From contig JAWKIL010000009.1 in assembly GCA_041394285.1 (NCBI GenBank), positions 108,458-172,457 on the forward strand: a stretch of DNA of 64,000 nt, in the 5' to 3' direction. Positions 29,055 to 39,363 of this stretch are shown here, one piece after another. The translations under genes and the position numbers were made by a program. Source of the stretch: Acidimicrobiales bacterium. Lineage in GTDB: Bacteria > Actinomycetota > Acidimicrobiia > Acidimicrobiales > SZUA-35. Position 1 is the first letter of the stretch; each line of letters begins with the position of its first letter. Below the pieces are notes generated by a model. It saw only the letters and a program-made list of their open reading frames with translations, did not search any database and was not told where the DNA came from.

Positions 29055-30236
29055 TCAGACCACCCGGGCGGATCGGAACTCGGCGATCTCCTCGTCGCTG
29101 TAGCCGAGCGAGGCGAGGATCTCGTCGGTGTGCTCGCCCAGCATCGGTGCCCGCCGGTCGATCACCCCGGGCGAGCCCGACATGACGACGGGGAAGCCGG
29201 CGACGGGCACCGGCTTGGGCGCACCCGGGTACTCGGTCGGGTTGAACACCCCGATCTGGTTCACATGCGGCTCGTCCAGGGCCTGCTGGGGCGAGTAGAC
29301 GGGCCCGCCCGGCACCTTCAGGGTCTCCATCGCCGCCAGCACCTCGGCCGTGGTGCGACTGGCGCACCACTGGCCCATGATCTCCGACAGCGCGGCGCCG
29401 TTGTCGCCCCGGGCCAGGTCGTCCTTGAACCGCTCGTCGTGGACGAGCTCGGGGCGGCCGACGAGCTGGGCCCAGCGCTCGAACTGGTAGGGGCCGATCA
29501 CGGCCACCAGCACCCAGCCGTCGCTGGTCTTGAACGTGTCGGACGGGCCGGCGGTCTGGCCCCGGTTGTGGGTCGACACCCGGTCCACCCCGAGCAGATC
29601 CTGCTCGATCAGCGTCGGGCCCATCCAGGTGAGCGCCGTGCGCAGCAGGGCGCCTTCGATGAACTGACCCTCCCCGGTCTGGTCCCGGTGCATCAGCGCC
29701 GCCATGGTGGCGAAGGCCGACAGGGTGGCGGTCGAGAAGTCGACGTAGGGCGCCGTGGCCCGGCTCGGCTCACCCGGGGGGCCCGACAGGTAGATGTTGC
29801 CCGAGGCGGCCTGGGCCAGCCCGTCGAAGCCGACCTTGCTGCTCCAGTCGCCGCCGGAAGCGAAGGCGGTGACCGTCGTGAGGATGATGTCGGGCTTGAT
29901 CGCCTTCAGCGTCTCGTAGTCGAGCCCCATCGTCACCAGCGTCTCGGGCGGGAGGTTGGCGATCACGACATCGGCCGTGCCGACGAGGCGGGCGACGACC
30001 TCGCGGCCCTCCGGCTTGACCGGGTTGAGCGTGAGGCAGCGCTTGTTCCGGTTGCACTGCAGGAACATGGCCCCGACGCCGTCGGACGTGACCGGGGCCA
30101 CCCAGCGGTCCTCCCCGCCATCGACCCGCTCGACCCGGATCACATCGGCCCCCATGTCGCCGAGCAGCGCCCCGCACCACGGACCGGCGATGTACCGACC
30201 GAAGTCGACGACCCGGATCCCAGACAACACGCCCAT
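29055..30236 (-). CDS. CaiB/BaiF family III CoA-transferase
   Basis: The N-terminus is GIRVVDFGRYIAGPWCGALLGDMGADVIRVE. 393 aa. Confidence 0.9.
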   Translation of the reverse strand: MGVLSGIRVVDFGRYIAGPWCGALLGDMGADVIRVERVDGGEDRWVAPVTSDGVGAMFLQCNRNKRCLTLNPVKPEGREVVARLVGTADVVIANLPPETLVTMGLDYETLKAIKPDIILTTVTAFASGGDWSSKVGFDGLAQAASGNIYLSGPPGEPSRATAPYVDFSTATLSAFATMAALMHRDQTGEGQFIEGALLRTALTWMGPTLIEQDLLGVDRVSTHNRGQTAGPSDTFKTSDGWVLVAVIGPYQFERWAQLVGRPELVHDERFKDDLARGDNGAALSEIMGQWCASRTTAEVLAAMETLKVPGGPVYSPQQALDEPHVNQIGVFNPTEYPGAPKPVPVAGFPVVMSGSPGVIDRRAPMLGEHTDEILASLGYSDEEIAEFRSARVV

Positions 30237-30397
30237 CGGTCACTCCTTGCTCGCTTGGCGGCCCCCCGCCGACACTCCACCGTAGTTCCCGGCCGGCGAG
30301 CTCGCCGCTTCGCCGGTCCGGCCGACCGGGGGCCCGCCGGCGATCAGGGTCCGCACGGGATCGGAACCCCGGAGGGCGGCCCTCCCGACGGGTCGCC

Positions 30398-31879
30398 CTA
30401 CACGCCGTGGAGGTCGAGATCCTGTGACCGGCGCCAGTCCCGGATGATCTCGCCCATGGGGGTGGAGGGCGGTGCGGCGGTGAACGGCCACAACTCCATG
30501 GCGATCCGCTTCCAGTTGGCGGTCGCCTGCAACCGGGCGAACAGCCCGATGAGCCCCAGCGTGATCCGCTGCACGACCACGAACGACGGCGGCACGTTCA
30601 GGTACCGCATCAGCTCCTTGTAGGGGCCGTTCGTGTCGAACAGGTGGGCCACGCCACCAGCGGCGTACTCCTCGTCCAGGGTCACCGGGCCGTCGGTCAT
30701 CACGTAGCGGTAGTAGTACGAGAAGTACTCGTTGACGGTGGCATCGTCGAACGGGGCGTTGCGGGCCAGGATGCCGGCGTTCTCCACCACCCGGCGGAAG
30801 GCGGCGTGGTCGCCGGTGATCACCATCTGTTTGATCAGGTCCTCGAACAGCACGGTCTCGGCTGCGTCGAACCGCTTGACCAGGCCGAAGTCGAGGAAGG
30901 TGACCTTGCCCCCCGGGTTGAACAGGTAGTTCCCCGGGTGGGGGTCGCCGTTGAAGGCATGGAGCCGGTAGATGGCTCCGAACGAGAACCGGAACAGGGT
31001 CTCGGCCGCCAGGTTGCGCTCCGGCTCGGACCACCCCACCACCTCGCCGAAGCGGCTGCCGGTGGCCAGGTCGGTGGTGAGGATGCGCCCGGTCGACAGC
31101 TCGTCGACCACGCCCGGCACCGAGACAAACGGATGGCCGGCCACGTAGCGGTGGAACAGCCGCTGGTTGTCGGCCTCCCGGCGGTAGTCGAGCTCCTCCA
31201 GCAACCGGGCCCGGATCTCCCCCACGATGGGGTCGGGATCCACTCCGGGGAACATGGTGGCCAGTGCCCCGAAGATCCAGCCGGCGTTGCGGAGGTCCGA
31301 GGCCACGGCCTCGGCCACCCCGGGGTACTGGATCTTCACCGCCACCGCCCGCCCGTCCCGGGTGATGGCCCGGTGGACCTGCCCGATGGAGGCCGATGCG
31401 ATCGGCACCTCGTCCCAGGTGTCGAACAGCTGGTGGGGCCACCGTCCCAGCTCGTCGTGGATCTGGCGGGCGGCCAGCTCGGGAGTCATGGGCGGGGCAT
31501 CGTGCTGGAGCGAGGCCATCGTGGACCGGACGGTCTCGGGCAGCCCGGTGTCGAGGTACGACGCCATCTGCCCGATCTTCATCATGGCGCCCTTCATGTT
31601 GCCCAGCTCGTTGGTGACGTCCTGCGCCGTACGGATCTGGAACGTCGTGTCGAGCTCGGTGGCCCGCTCGGCCGAGGCGAACGTGCGACGGGCCTTGTAC
31701 AGGGCGTAACGGCCCCCGCCCCGCATGCCGAGACGGGCCAGGCGAAGGTTGCGGGTGGCCAGGCGGTGGCTGCTCACCGGCCGCCCGTCGGATCGCCGGT
31801 TCCGGCCCGCGGCCAGCACCGCCCCGGCTACGGCGGCCGATGCCGCTCCTGCGACCAGGACCTTCTTCCTCGACACCAT
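30398..31879 (-). CDS. ABC1/UbiB-family atypical kinase
   Basis: GAMMKIGQMASY, IASASIGQVHRA and DPHPGNYLF are present. Confidence 0.85.
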   Translation of the reverse strand: MVSRKKVLVAGAASAAVAGAVLAAGRNRRSDGRPVSSHRLATRNLRLARLGMRGGGRYALYKARRTFASAERATELDTTFQIRTAQDVTNELGNMKGAMMKIGQMASYLDTGLPETVRSTMASLQHDAPPMTPELAARQIHDELGRWPHQLFDTWDEVPIASASIGQVHRAITRDGRAVAVKIQYPGVAEAVASDLRNAGWIFGALATMFPGVDPDPIVGEIRARLLEELDYRREADNQRLFHRYVAGHPFVSVPGVVDELSTGRILTTDLATGSRFGEVVGWSEPERNLAAETLFRFSFGAIYRLHAFNGDPHPGNYLFNPGGKVTFLDFGLVKRFDAAETVLFEDLIKQMVITGDHAAFRRVVENAGILARNAPFDDATVNEYFSYYYRYVMTDGPVTLDEEYAAGGVAHLFDTNGPYKELMRYLNVPPSFVVVQRITLGLIGLFARLQATANWKRIAMELWPFTAAPPSTPMGEIIRDWRRSQDLDLHGV

Positions 31880-31967
31880 CGGTGATCAGAGTAGGCACCG
31901 CGACAGCCCGCGCCTCGGCCGGCGGCCCGGTGGAGGCAGGTAGTCTGTCACCCCTTACCTGCCACCC

Positions 31968-32507
31968 GTGCCGGCCCGGGCCTCTGTCCGGTCGGCGGTT
32001 CCGGGACCGGACTACGATGGCGCCGTGGCCCCCTCCCCTGGCGGTTCCGCCGCCTCCCGCCTGCGCCGCCACCGGCCGGCCGGTCCGGCCGGCCCCCGCG
32101 TCCGGCCGCTGTCCAGCGCCGAGATCGCCTCCTACGACCACCTGGCCCCCGATCTGGCCGCCCGGGTGCGGGTGGTGCGCCTACCCGTCATCCCCGGGCG
32201 CTACGTCGGCATCACCCTGGGCCGGTTCGTGTGCCTCGACCGGGACCTTCCGCCCAACGGAGCCAGCCACCTCCTGGCCCACGAGCTCACCCACGCCCGG
32301 CAGTGGGCGGAGCTGGGGGTGGTGGGGTTCCTGGCCCGCTACCTGGGCGGGTTCGGGCGGGGTGTGGCCCGTCACCGGCGGTGGCATCCGGCCTACCGGG
32401 ACATCGCGCTGGAGCAGGAGGCCCGGGCCCAGGCCGACGCCTGGTGGCAGCGGCGGGGCGGCACCGGCGCCGGCGGCCACCGCGGGCCCCAGCCGCCCGC
32501 CCGCTGA
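31968..32507 (+). CDS. HExxH metallopeptidase-like protein (DUF4157-like)
   Basis: LLAHELTHARQW is present. The protein is small and basic. The family call rests on that single motif. Confidence 0.45.
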   Translation: MPARASVRSAVPGPDYDGAVAPSPGGSAASRLRRHRPAGPAGPRVRPLSSAEIASYDHLAPDLAARVRVVRLPVIPGRYVGITLGRFVCLDRDLPPNGASHLLAHELTHARQWAELGVVGFLARYLGGFGRGVARHRRWHPAYRDIALEQEARAQADAWWQRRGGTGAGGHRGPQPPAR

Positions 32508-32568
32508 CCCGGAACGGGCTGTGAGGGGCGGGCGGCCCCCGGCCGCTGGCGACCGGTAGGCTCGCCCC

Positions 32569-33981
32569 GTGCGCCGGATGGTCCTCACCCTCGTCATCGC
32601 CCTGCTGCTGTGCCTGGCGGCGGCCCCTGGGGCCGGGCCGATGGCCCTCGCCCCGGCGGCAGCCCAGTCCGCTCCCCCGCCCAGCCAGATCGCCGAGCAG
32701 ATCGACACCAGCGGCCGGTACCTCCAGTTCGACGCCACTGCGGCCGAGGACCAGGCCATCGCCGCCGCCAACGAGCGGGGGGTGGCCTTCGTCTGGCTCG
32801 ACACCGACGACGAAGCCGAGCGGGTGGCGACCGACGTGGGCGACGAGCTGTTCACCCGCCCCGCCCGCTACTCCACGGTGCTGGTGCTGACCGGTGCCGG
32901 CCTGGGTGCCCGGTCCGACACGGTGGGGTCCAGCGCGATCGACGACGCCCTCGACGCCAGCTTCACCAGCTTCCAGAACGGCGCCGTGGCCGACGGGCTC
33001 GACGAGTTCGTGGCCAGCCTGGCCGGCGAGCAGAGCCCCCGCACCTCGGTCGCTCCGTCGGAGTCCGCCACCGACAGCGGCGGAAGTGGAGGGGGCGGCG
33101 GCGGCTCGACCCTGCTGGTCGTGCTGGGCGTCCTCGTGGTGGGCGGCGGCGGGCTCCTCCTGGCCCGTTCGATGGGCCGCAAGCGCAAGGCCCGCCAGCT
33201 GGCGGCGGCCGAGTTGGAGGCCGACCGGGCCGAGATCAAGGAGCAGCTGCGGGACAACGCCGACCGGGTGCTCCAGCTGGGCGACCGGGTCATCGCCTCC
33301 AAGGACGACGACCTGATCACCAGCTACGAGCAGGCCAGCGCCGCCTACCAGGACGTCAGCCTGGCCATCGACGGGGCCACGACGGCCGAGCAGGTCGACG
33401 CCCTCGACGACAAGATCGACCACGCCGAATGGCAGCTCCAGTCGATCGAGGCCAGGCTCGACGGCCGTCCGGCCCCGCCGCCCCCGGCCCCGGACAGCGA
33501 GCACGCCGATGCCGGGTCTCCGCCTCCTCCGGGCGGGCCCAACCCGCCCGGCCCCGGCCCCGGCACCCCCGCTCCCCCGTCGTCGTCCGTTACCGGCGAC
33601 GGCCCGGCGCTGGGCCCCGACGACTCCATCTTCGGCGGTCGGAGCGGCCCGGCCATCCCGGCGCCGTCCCGACGCCGGGGCGGCGGAGGCCTCGGCGGCC
33701 TGGGTGGGGGCCGGGGCGGTCTGGGCGGCGTCCTGGGCAGCATCGTGCTCGGCGGGCTGGCCCGGGGCGGTGGGGGCCTCGGTGGGCTGCCCACCTCGCG
33801 CCGCAGCCAGCGGCGCCGCACCACGGGCTCCGGCGGATTCGGAGGATCGACGGCAGGCGGTCTCGGCGGCGGGGTGCTGAGGCCGGGCGGATCGGGGGGC
33901 TCGGGACGTTCGGGGGGCGGATCGGGCGGCCGCAGCTTCGGCCGACGCTCCTCCGGCGGCTCGGGCGGGCGACGGTTCTGA
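32569..33981 (+). CDS. Secreted/membrane protein, TPM(YgcG)-like architecture with Gly-rich tail
   Basis: The architecture is a signal peptide, an ~150-aa extracytoplasmic domain, one TM helix (LLVVLGVLVVGGGGLLL), a coiled-coil region and a long GGxGG C-terminal tail. The start is GTG. Confidence 0.5.
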   Translation: MRRMVLTLVIALLLCLAAAPGAGPMALAPAAAQSAPPPSQIAEQIDTSGRYLQFDATAAEDQAIAAANERGVAFVWLDTDDEAERVATDVGDELFTRPARYSTVLVLTGAGLGARSDTVGSSAIDDALDASFTSFQNGAVADGLDEFVASLAGEQSPRTSVAPSESATDSGGSGGGGGGSTLLVVLGVLVVGGGGLLLARSMGRKRKARQLAAAELEADRAEIKEQLRDNADRVLQLGDRVIASKDDDLITSYEQASAAYQDVSLAIDGATTAEQVDALDDKIDHAEWQLQSIEARLDGRPAPPPPAPDSEHADAGSPPPPGGPNPPGPGPGTPAPPSSSVTGDGPALGPDDSIFGGRSGPAIPAPSRRRGGGGLGGLGGGRGGLGGVLGSIVLGGLARGGGGLGGLPTSRRSQRRRTTGSGGFGGSTAGGLGGGVLRPGGSGGSGRSGGGSGGRSFGRRSSGGSGGRRF

Positions 33982-34051
33982 GCCGGGCGCGAACCCGCAC
34001 GTCAGGTCCACCATCCCCGTGACTGTCACACCCTTCGGTCATGATCTCGGA

Positions 34052-34891
34052 ATGGCTGAGCTGCCTCCACATCTGTCGCCCTCGTCGGCCAGCCTGTTCG
34101 ACCAGTGCCCCCGGCGCTGGCGCTTCAAGTACGTCGACCGGCAGCCCGAGCCGTCGGGCCAGGCCGCCTTGGTGGGATCGTTCGCCCACAGGGTGCTCGA
34201 GCTGACCTGCGGGCTGCCGGCCGCCTATCGCACCCTGGACCAGGCCAAGGCGCTGGCCAAACAGCTGTGGCCCGAGGTCGAGGCCGATCCCGACTACCAG
34301 GCCCTGGAGTTGGGCGAGGAGGCCGCCCGGGCCTTCCGGTGGCAGGGCTGGCTGGCCATCACCGGGCTGTGGGCCCTGGAAGACCCGGCCCAGGTTGATG
34401 TGGTGTCCACCGAGCAGAAGGTGAAGGCATCGCTGGCCGGCGTCCCCTTCGTGGGCGTGATCGACCGGGTGGACCGCCAGGGTGACCATCTGGTGGTCAG
34501 CGACTACAAGTCGGGCTCGCTGCCCGGCGCCCGGTACCGCCAGGGCCGCCTCCAGCAGGTGATGCTGTACGCCGCGGCGCTGGCCGCCACCGGCACCGAG
34601 CAGCCTCATCGGGCCCGGCTGCTCTACCTGGGGCAGCGCATCCTCAACGTGGCCGTCACCGAGCGGCGGATGGAGGAGGCGGCCGGCCAGCTGGCCACCA
34701 CGTGGAACGCCGTCACCTCGGCCTGCGTGGGGGAGACGTTCGACGCCAAGCCCGGTGTGCTGTGCGGCTGGTGCCCCTTCGTCGACCAGTGCCCCGAGGG
34801 CCGCCGGGAGCTGGAGCGGCGGGCCGAGGCCGGCACCTTGCCGGCCCACGCCCCGGCCGCCGCCACCGTTCTGGCCGCCACCGCCGCCTAG
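34052..34891 (+). CDS. PD-(D/E)XK RecB-family exonuclease (Cas4-like, Fe-S cysteines)
   Basis: LSPSSASLFDQCPRRWRFKYV, VSDYKSG and the C-terminal CGWCPFVDQC are present. Confidence 0.75.
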   Translation: MAELPPHLSPSSASLFDQCPRRWRFKYVDRQPEPSGQAALVGSFAHRVLELTCGLPAAYRTLDQAKALAKQLWPEVEADPDYQALELGEEAARAFRWQGWLAITGLWALEDPAQVDVVSTEQKVKASLAGVPFVGVIDRVDRQGDHLVVSDYKSGSLPGARYRQGRLQQVMLYAAALAATGTEQPHRARLLYLGQRILNVAVTERRMEEAAGQLATTWNAVTSACVGETFDAKPGVLCGWCPFVDQCPEGRRELERRAEAGTLPAHAPAAATVLAATAA

Positions 34892-34928
34892 TCCACCACG
34901 CCTAGGCCACCACCTCGGCCGGCCCGGC

Positions 34929-35675
34929 CTACAACAGTGAGGCGAACAGCGCTTCGCCGTCGACGGGGTGCCCCTTCTGGGTGAACCACTGGGCCACGTT
35001 GGTGACGTCGCGGTGCAAGAAGTTGAGGCCCTGGGGGTTGGCCGCCAGGTCGAGGGCCTGGGGGAAGTCGATGAACCACAGCTCCCCCTCCCACCACAGC
35101 AGGTTGTAGGCGGAGAGGTCGCCGTGGACCCAGCCCTCCCCCACCATCAGGGCCAAGCCGGCCTCCAGCTGGCGGGCGGCCTCGGCCAGCTCGTCGGGGC
35201 CGAGGTGGGCCCGGGCCAGTTGAGGGGCCGCCCCGTCGGGGCCGCCCACGTACTCCAGCACGAAGGTGTCCTCGGCGTAGGAGACGGGATAGGGCACGCG
35301 GAGACCGGCCTCCCATAGTGCGGTCATCACCCGGTGCTCGTGACCTGTCCAGCGGTCCTGCATGAGCCGCCGGCCGTAGCCCGACATCCGCTCCACCGCC
35401 CGCCGGTCCCGGCTCTTGCGGAACTGGCGGCCCTCCCGGTACTGCACGTCGTGGCGGAAGGCGGAGGCCCGCTCGATGCCGAGCGCCTCCAACTCGCCCT
35501 TGGCCGACACGGTTCGGGGCACGTAGCGCTTCTGGACGAGCAGGCAGGTGCTGCCGTCGGCGCCGGTGCGACGGATGAGGTCGATCTGGGCCTCCTTGCC
35601 CGGGCGGAGAAGGCCCAGGGGCTCGTCGAGAAACGGTTCGGGGACCAGCCAGGCCGGCTGGTTGACGGTTGACAT
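34929..35675 (-). CDS. RIO1-family serine protein kinase
   Basis: WVHGDLSAYNLLW and FIDFPQA are present, and the AFRHDVQYREGRQFR region is typical of bacterial RIO kinases. The ATG at 35675 was chosen. Confidence 0.8.
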   Translation of the reverse strand: MSTVNQPAWLVPEPFLDEPLGLLRPGKEAQIDLIRRTGADGSTCLLVQKRYVPRTVSAKGELEALGIERASAFRHDVQYREGRQFRKSRDRRAVERMSGYGRRLMQDRWTGHEHRVMTALWEAGLRVPYPVSYAEDTFVLEYVGGPDGAAPQLARAHLGPDELAEAARQLEAGLALMVGEGWVHGDLSAYNLLWWEGELWFIDFPQALDLAANPQGLNFLHRDVTNVAQWFTQKGHPVDGEALFASLL

Positions 35676-35955
35676 GACGGGGTGACTCCGGCGTTCGCAG
35701 TGGCAACAGGAGCGGCCCGGGGGCCGCGGACCCGGTCGCTCGCCGGCTGCAGAGCGGTGCTCGTCGCTACGACCAGGGGCGGGAGGCCCGAGGGAGCGGT
35801 ACACCGCGAACCGGCGGTCAGGCCCCTTCGGAGGCGCGACCGGAGGTGGCGTCGACGACAGCTGCAGCCATGGAACGCACACCTCCTCTCCCCGGTCCGG
35901 GGCTCGATCGGCTCACCGTAGGCGCTGCCGCCCGCCCTGTCGCCCGAATTTCGGC

Positions 35956-36001
35956 ATCTGATGCCCCACACCGCCGCCGGTGGCGGCCGGGAGCATCAGA
36001 T
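35956..36001. terminator. Imperfect palindrome related to the 15526-15575 element, embedding the stop codon of the helicase-nuclease gene
   Basis: In atctgatgccccacaccgccgcc/ggtggcggccgggagcatcagat, 18 of 23 positions pair. It shares the arm ends atctgatgcccc and gcatcagat with the 15.5-kb palindrome. Confidence 0.5.
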
Positions 36002-39000
36002 CGGGGGTTGACGGAGAAGCCCGGCCACCGTGGCGACAGCGGCCGGGAGGTCGTCCACCTCACGTTCCACCGCCCCGCCGTCGGCGCGCAGGAACAGGAA
36101 CCGGCAGGCGGCCACCGGGCGGCCGGTCACCTCCTGCAGGGCCAGGGCGTAGGCCGCGCCCTGCCAGCGGTGGTGGGCCATCCGCCGCTCCACCTCGGCC
36201 TCCGGCACCCGGTCTGTCTTGTAGTCGACCACCACCAGTGCGCCGTCGTCGGTCTCGTAGCACAGGTCGATGAAGCCTTCGAGCAGGGCGTCGCCCACCG
36301 GGGCGGCCACATACAGCTCCCGCCACACCCGTCGGGCGGCCGCTGCGGCCACGATGGCCGGGGCCGACAAGGCCGAGGCGGCCAGGGTGGCCACCTCCCG
36401 GGCGTCGTCGGGAACGCCGGCCTGGGCCGCGGCCCGGCCGCCAGCGGCACCAGGTCGGCCGGGGTGGCGGTCAGCGCCGCCTCCTCCAGCGTGGCGTGCA
36501 CGGCGGAGCCGATGGCGGTGGACGCCCGGCGTCCGGCCGGCGGGCCGACGTCGTCGCCGCTCTCGGCCAGCTCGTCGGCCGCGGCCGGCGGGCCGCCGTC
36601 GGCGATCTCATACCCCGGGCCGTCACCGGTGACGGCCGGGGGTGCGACATGGGGGGCGAGCGTCTCGGCCACCCGGGTGGCCGACCAGGTGGCGGCCCGG
36701 CGGTTGCCGTCGAGCAGCCGGTCCTGCTCCTCGGCCCAGATCCGGCGCGTCTCGCTCCACGACCCGGCCGACAAGCGGAGCTGGGTGGGAGGCTCCACCC
36801 GGTATCGCTCGTCGCCCCGGCGCTCGAAGGGCCGCCACAGCTCCTCGCACCCCTGGAGCGCGGCCCACGTGCGCTGGCCGCTGCTCTGGAGCCCCTCCCG
36901 ATGGTGGGCCGACAGCACCAGCAGGTCCCGGGCCCGGGTGGCGGCCACGTAGTGGAGCCGCACCCGCTCATGGCGATCGAGCACCTCCTCCACCGAAGCG
37001 TGCACGTCGAACCCGGCCGTCGTCCGGTCCTTGCCCACCTTCACCTCCGGCGGCCGCCCCGGCGGGAACAGCACCTGGGGCCCGGCCCCCCGGTTGGCGT
37101 CGCGGGTGGGAGCCCCGGCCACCACCACCATCGGGAACTCGAGACCCTTGGAGCCGTGGATGGTAAGCACCCGCACGGCGTCGTCGTCGGGTTCGGCCGG
37201 GATGGGCTCGGTGACCCGGGCCAGGTCGCTGGACTGGACCTCGACCCAGGCCACGAAGTCCAGCAGGTCGCCGCCCCGGGTGGCGGTGAACTCCCGGGCC
37301 TGCTCGGCCAGGAAGCGATAGCGGCGCCAGCGGTCCCGGGGGCGGGGTTCGGCCAGGGCCGCCTCCCGCAGCCGCCGCTCCCGCACGATCCGCTCGATCA
37401 CAGCCGACGGTTCCATCCACCACCGGTCGAGGTGCCAGCGGGCCAGCTCGGCCAGGGCCGCCGCCACCGGATGATCCGCCGGCGCACCCGGGGGTGGCGG
37501 CTGCAGGTAATCGAACGAGGCGCCGGCCAGATGCCACGACAGCAACTCGTCGTCGCCCAGGGCGAACAGGCCCGACCGGAGGGCGGCCACCACGTCGATG
37601 GCGCTGCCCGGGTCCACCACGGCCCGCACCCCGGCCAGGACGTCGCGCACCTCCTGGGTGGCGTAGACCAGCGAGCTGGTCTCGGGCCGGAACGGGATGT
37701 TGGCCGCCCCGAAGGCCGCCTCCAACGCCGGCAGCGACAGGCGGGAGGGGATGAGCACGGCGATGTCCTGCAGGCGCACCGGCCGCCACTGGCCTTCACG
37801 CTCGCACCGCCACCCCTCGTCCATGGCCCGGCAGATCACGGCGGCCACGTCGGCCGCTTCCAGCTCCCGGATCTCGCCCACCGGCACCGTGCGGGGGTGG
37901 GGGCCGCCGACCACCAGCACCGGCGGCCCGGCGGCGTCGGCGTCGGGACTGCGGACCGCTCCCAGAGGGGTGTAGCGGGGCTGGGCTCCCGGCTCGCCCT
38001 CACCGATGAGCTGCCCGAACAGGGCATTGACCAGGTCCACCACCCCGGGCACGGACCGGAAGTTGGTGGTGAGCCGCAACGGCTCGCTCACCAGGGCCGC
38101 CTCGGCCTCGGCGTAGACGGCCATGTCGGCCCGGCGGAACCGGTAGATCGACTGCTTGGGGTCGCCCACCACCACCAGGCGTCCGGGGCTGAGGGTGGCG
38201 GCCAGCTCGGGCCAGGCCTTCGTGCCCACCAGGCCGTCGGCTCCGATGAGCACGGCCAGCTCGATCTGGATGGGGTCGGTGTCCTGGAACTCGTCGAGCA
38301 GGATCCGGCTGTAGCGCTGGTGGAGATCCTCCCGCACCAGGGCGTTGCGCCGCAGGAGCTGGCGGGCCAGCACCAGCAGGTCGTGGAAGGCCAGCTCACC
38401 CCGCTGCTGGCGGTCCTCCACCCGACCCCGCACGAAGCCGGCCACCCGCACCACCAGCTCGCCGATCACCTCGTGGCGCCAGCGGGCCACGTCGTCCGCC
38501 ACCGACTCCTGGGTGTCGGCCACCCGGCGGCGCACCTCGTCGACGTCGAGCCGCACCCAGCTCGCCTTGCGCCCGACGTTGCGGCGGGGCCACCGGACCT
38601 GGTCGAGCCATCGGAGCTGGGTGATGGCGTCGCGGCCCAGGGCGATGGCGGCCTCGTCGGCCAGGGCCGTGAGCTCGGCCGCCAGGTGATCGGTGCCGTC
38701 GAGGCAGTGCTCGACCAGCGACCCCAGGGCCACGATCCGCTCCACCACCGGCGCCGGCTCCAGCGGCGACAGGCCGGGGGCGGGAGCCAGGTTGTCGAGC
38801 AGGTCCCAGTTGTCGTCGAACCGGCGGGCCACGTCGGCGAAGTGGCGCAACTCCACCCCGAGGGCGGCCGCCCGCTCCAACAGGTCGAGGAGGTCGAGGT
38901 CGTCGCCCAGCTGGGCGGCGAAGGTCCGCCAGGCGTCCTGGAACTCGAGGAGCGAACCGATCTCGTCGGCCACGGCGAACCCCGGGGGCAGGCCGGCCTC

Positions 39001-39363
39001 CACCGGATGGTCGGCCAGGATGCGCAGGGCGAAGCCGTGCAGGGTGGTGAAGGCGGCGCTCTCCACCTGGCCGGCGGCGTTGAGCAGCTGGCGGTCGTTG
39101 CGGTCCGCCCCCTGACGTTCGAGCTCGTCCCGCACCCGGGTGCGCAGCTCCCGGGCCGCCGCCTCGGTGAAAGTGATGGCGGCGATCCGGCCCACCGGGG
39201 CGCCGTTGGCCACCAGGTTCACGATCCGCTCCACCAGGGAGCTGGTCTTACCGCTGCCGGCGCCGGCCTCCACGAACAGGGTGTCGCTGAGCGACGCCCG
39301 CACCCGGCGCCGGGCTTCGGCGTCTTCCAGGGGCACGGGCCCCCGCTCCGAGGTGAGGGTCAC
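35996..39363 (-). pseudogene. AddA/AdnB-like UvrD-family helicase with C-terminal RecB nuclease, carrying one apparent frameshift near 36.43 kb
   Basis: The N-terminus is FVEAGAGSGKTSSLVERI...ITFTEAAAREL. The helicase frame runs to ...ADLVPLAA. The nuclease domain (LCYETDDGALVVVDYKTD, QGAAYALAL) continues in another frame (track ORF 35996-36394). The GTG start overlaps the upstream gene's stop (GTGA). Confidence 0.8.
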
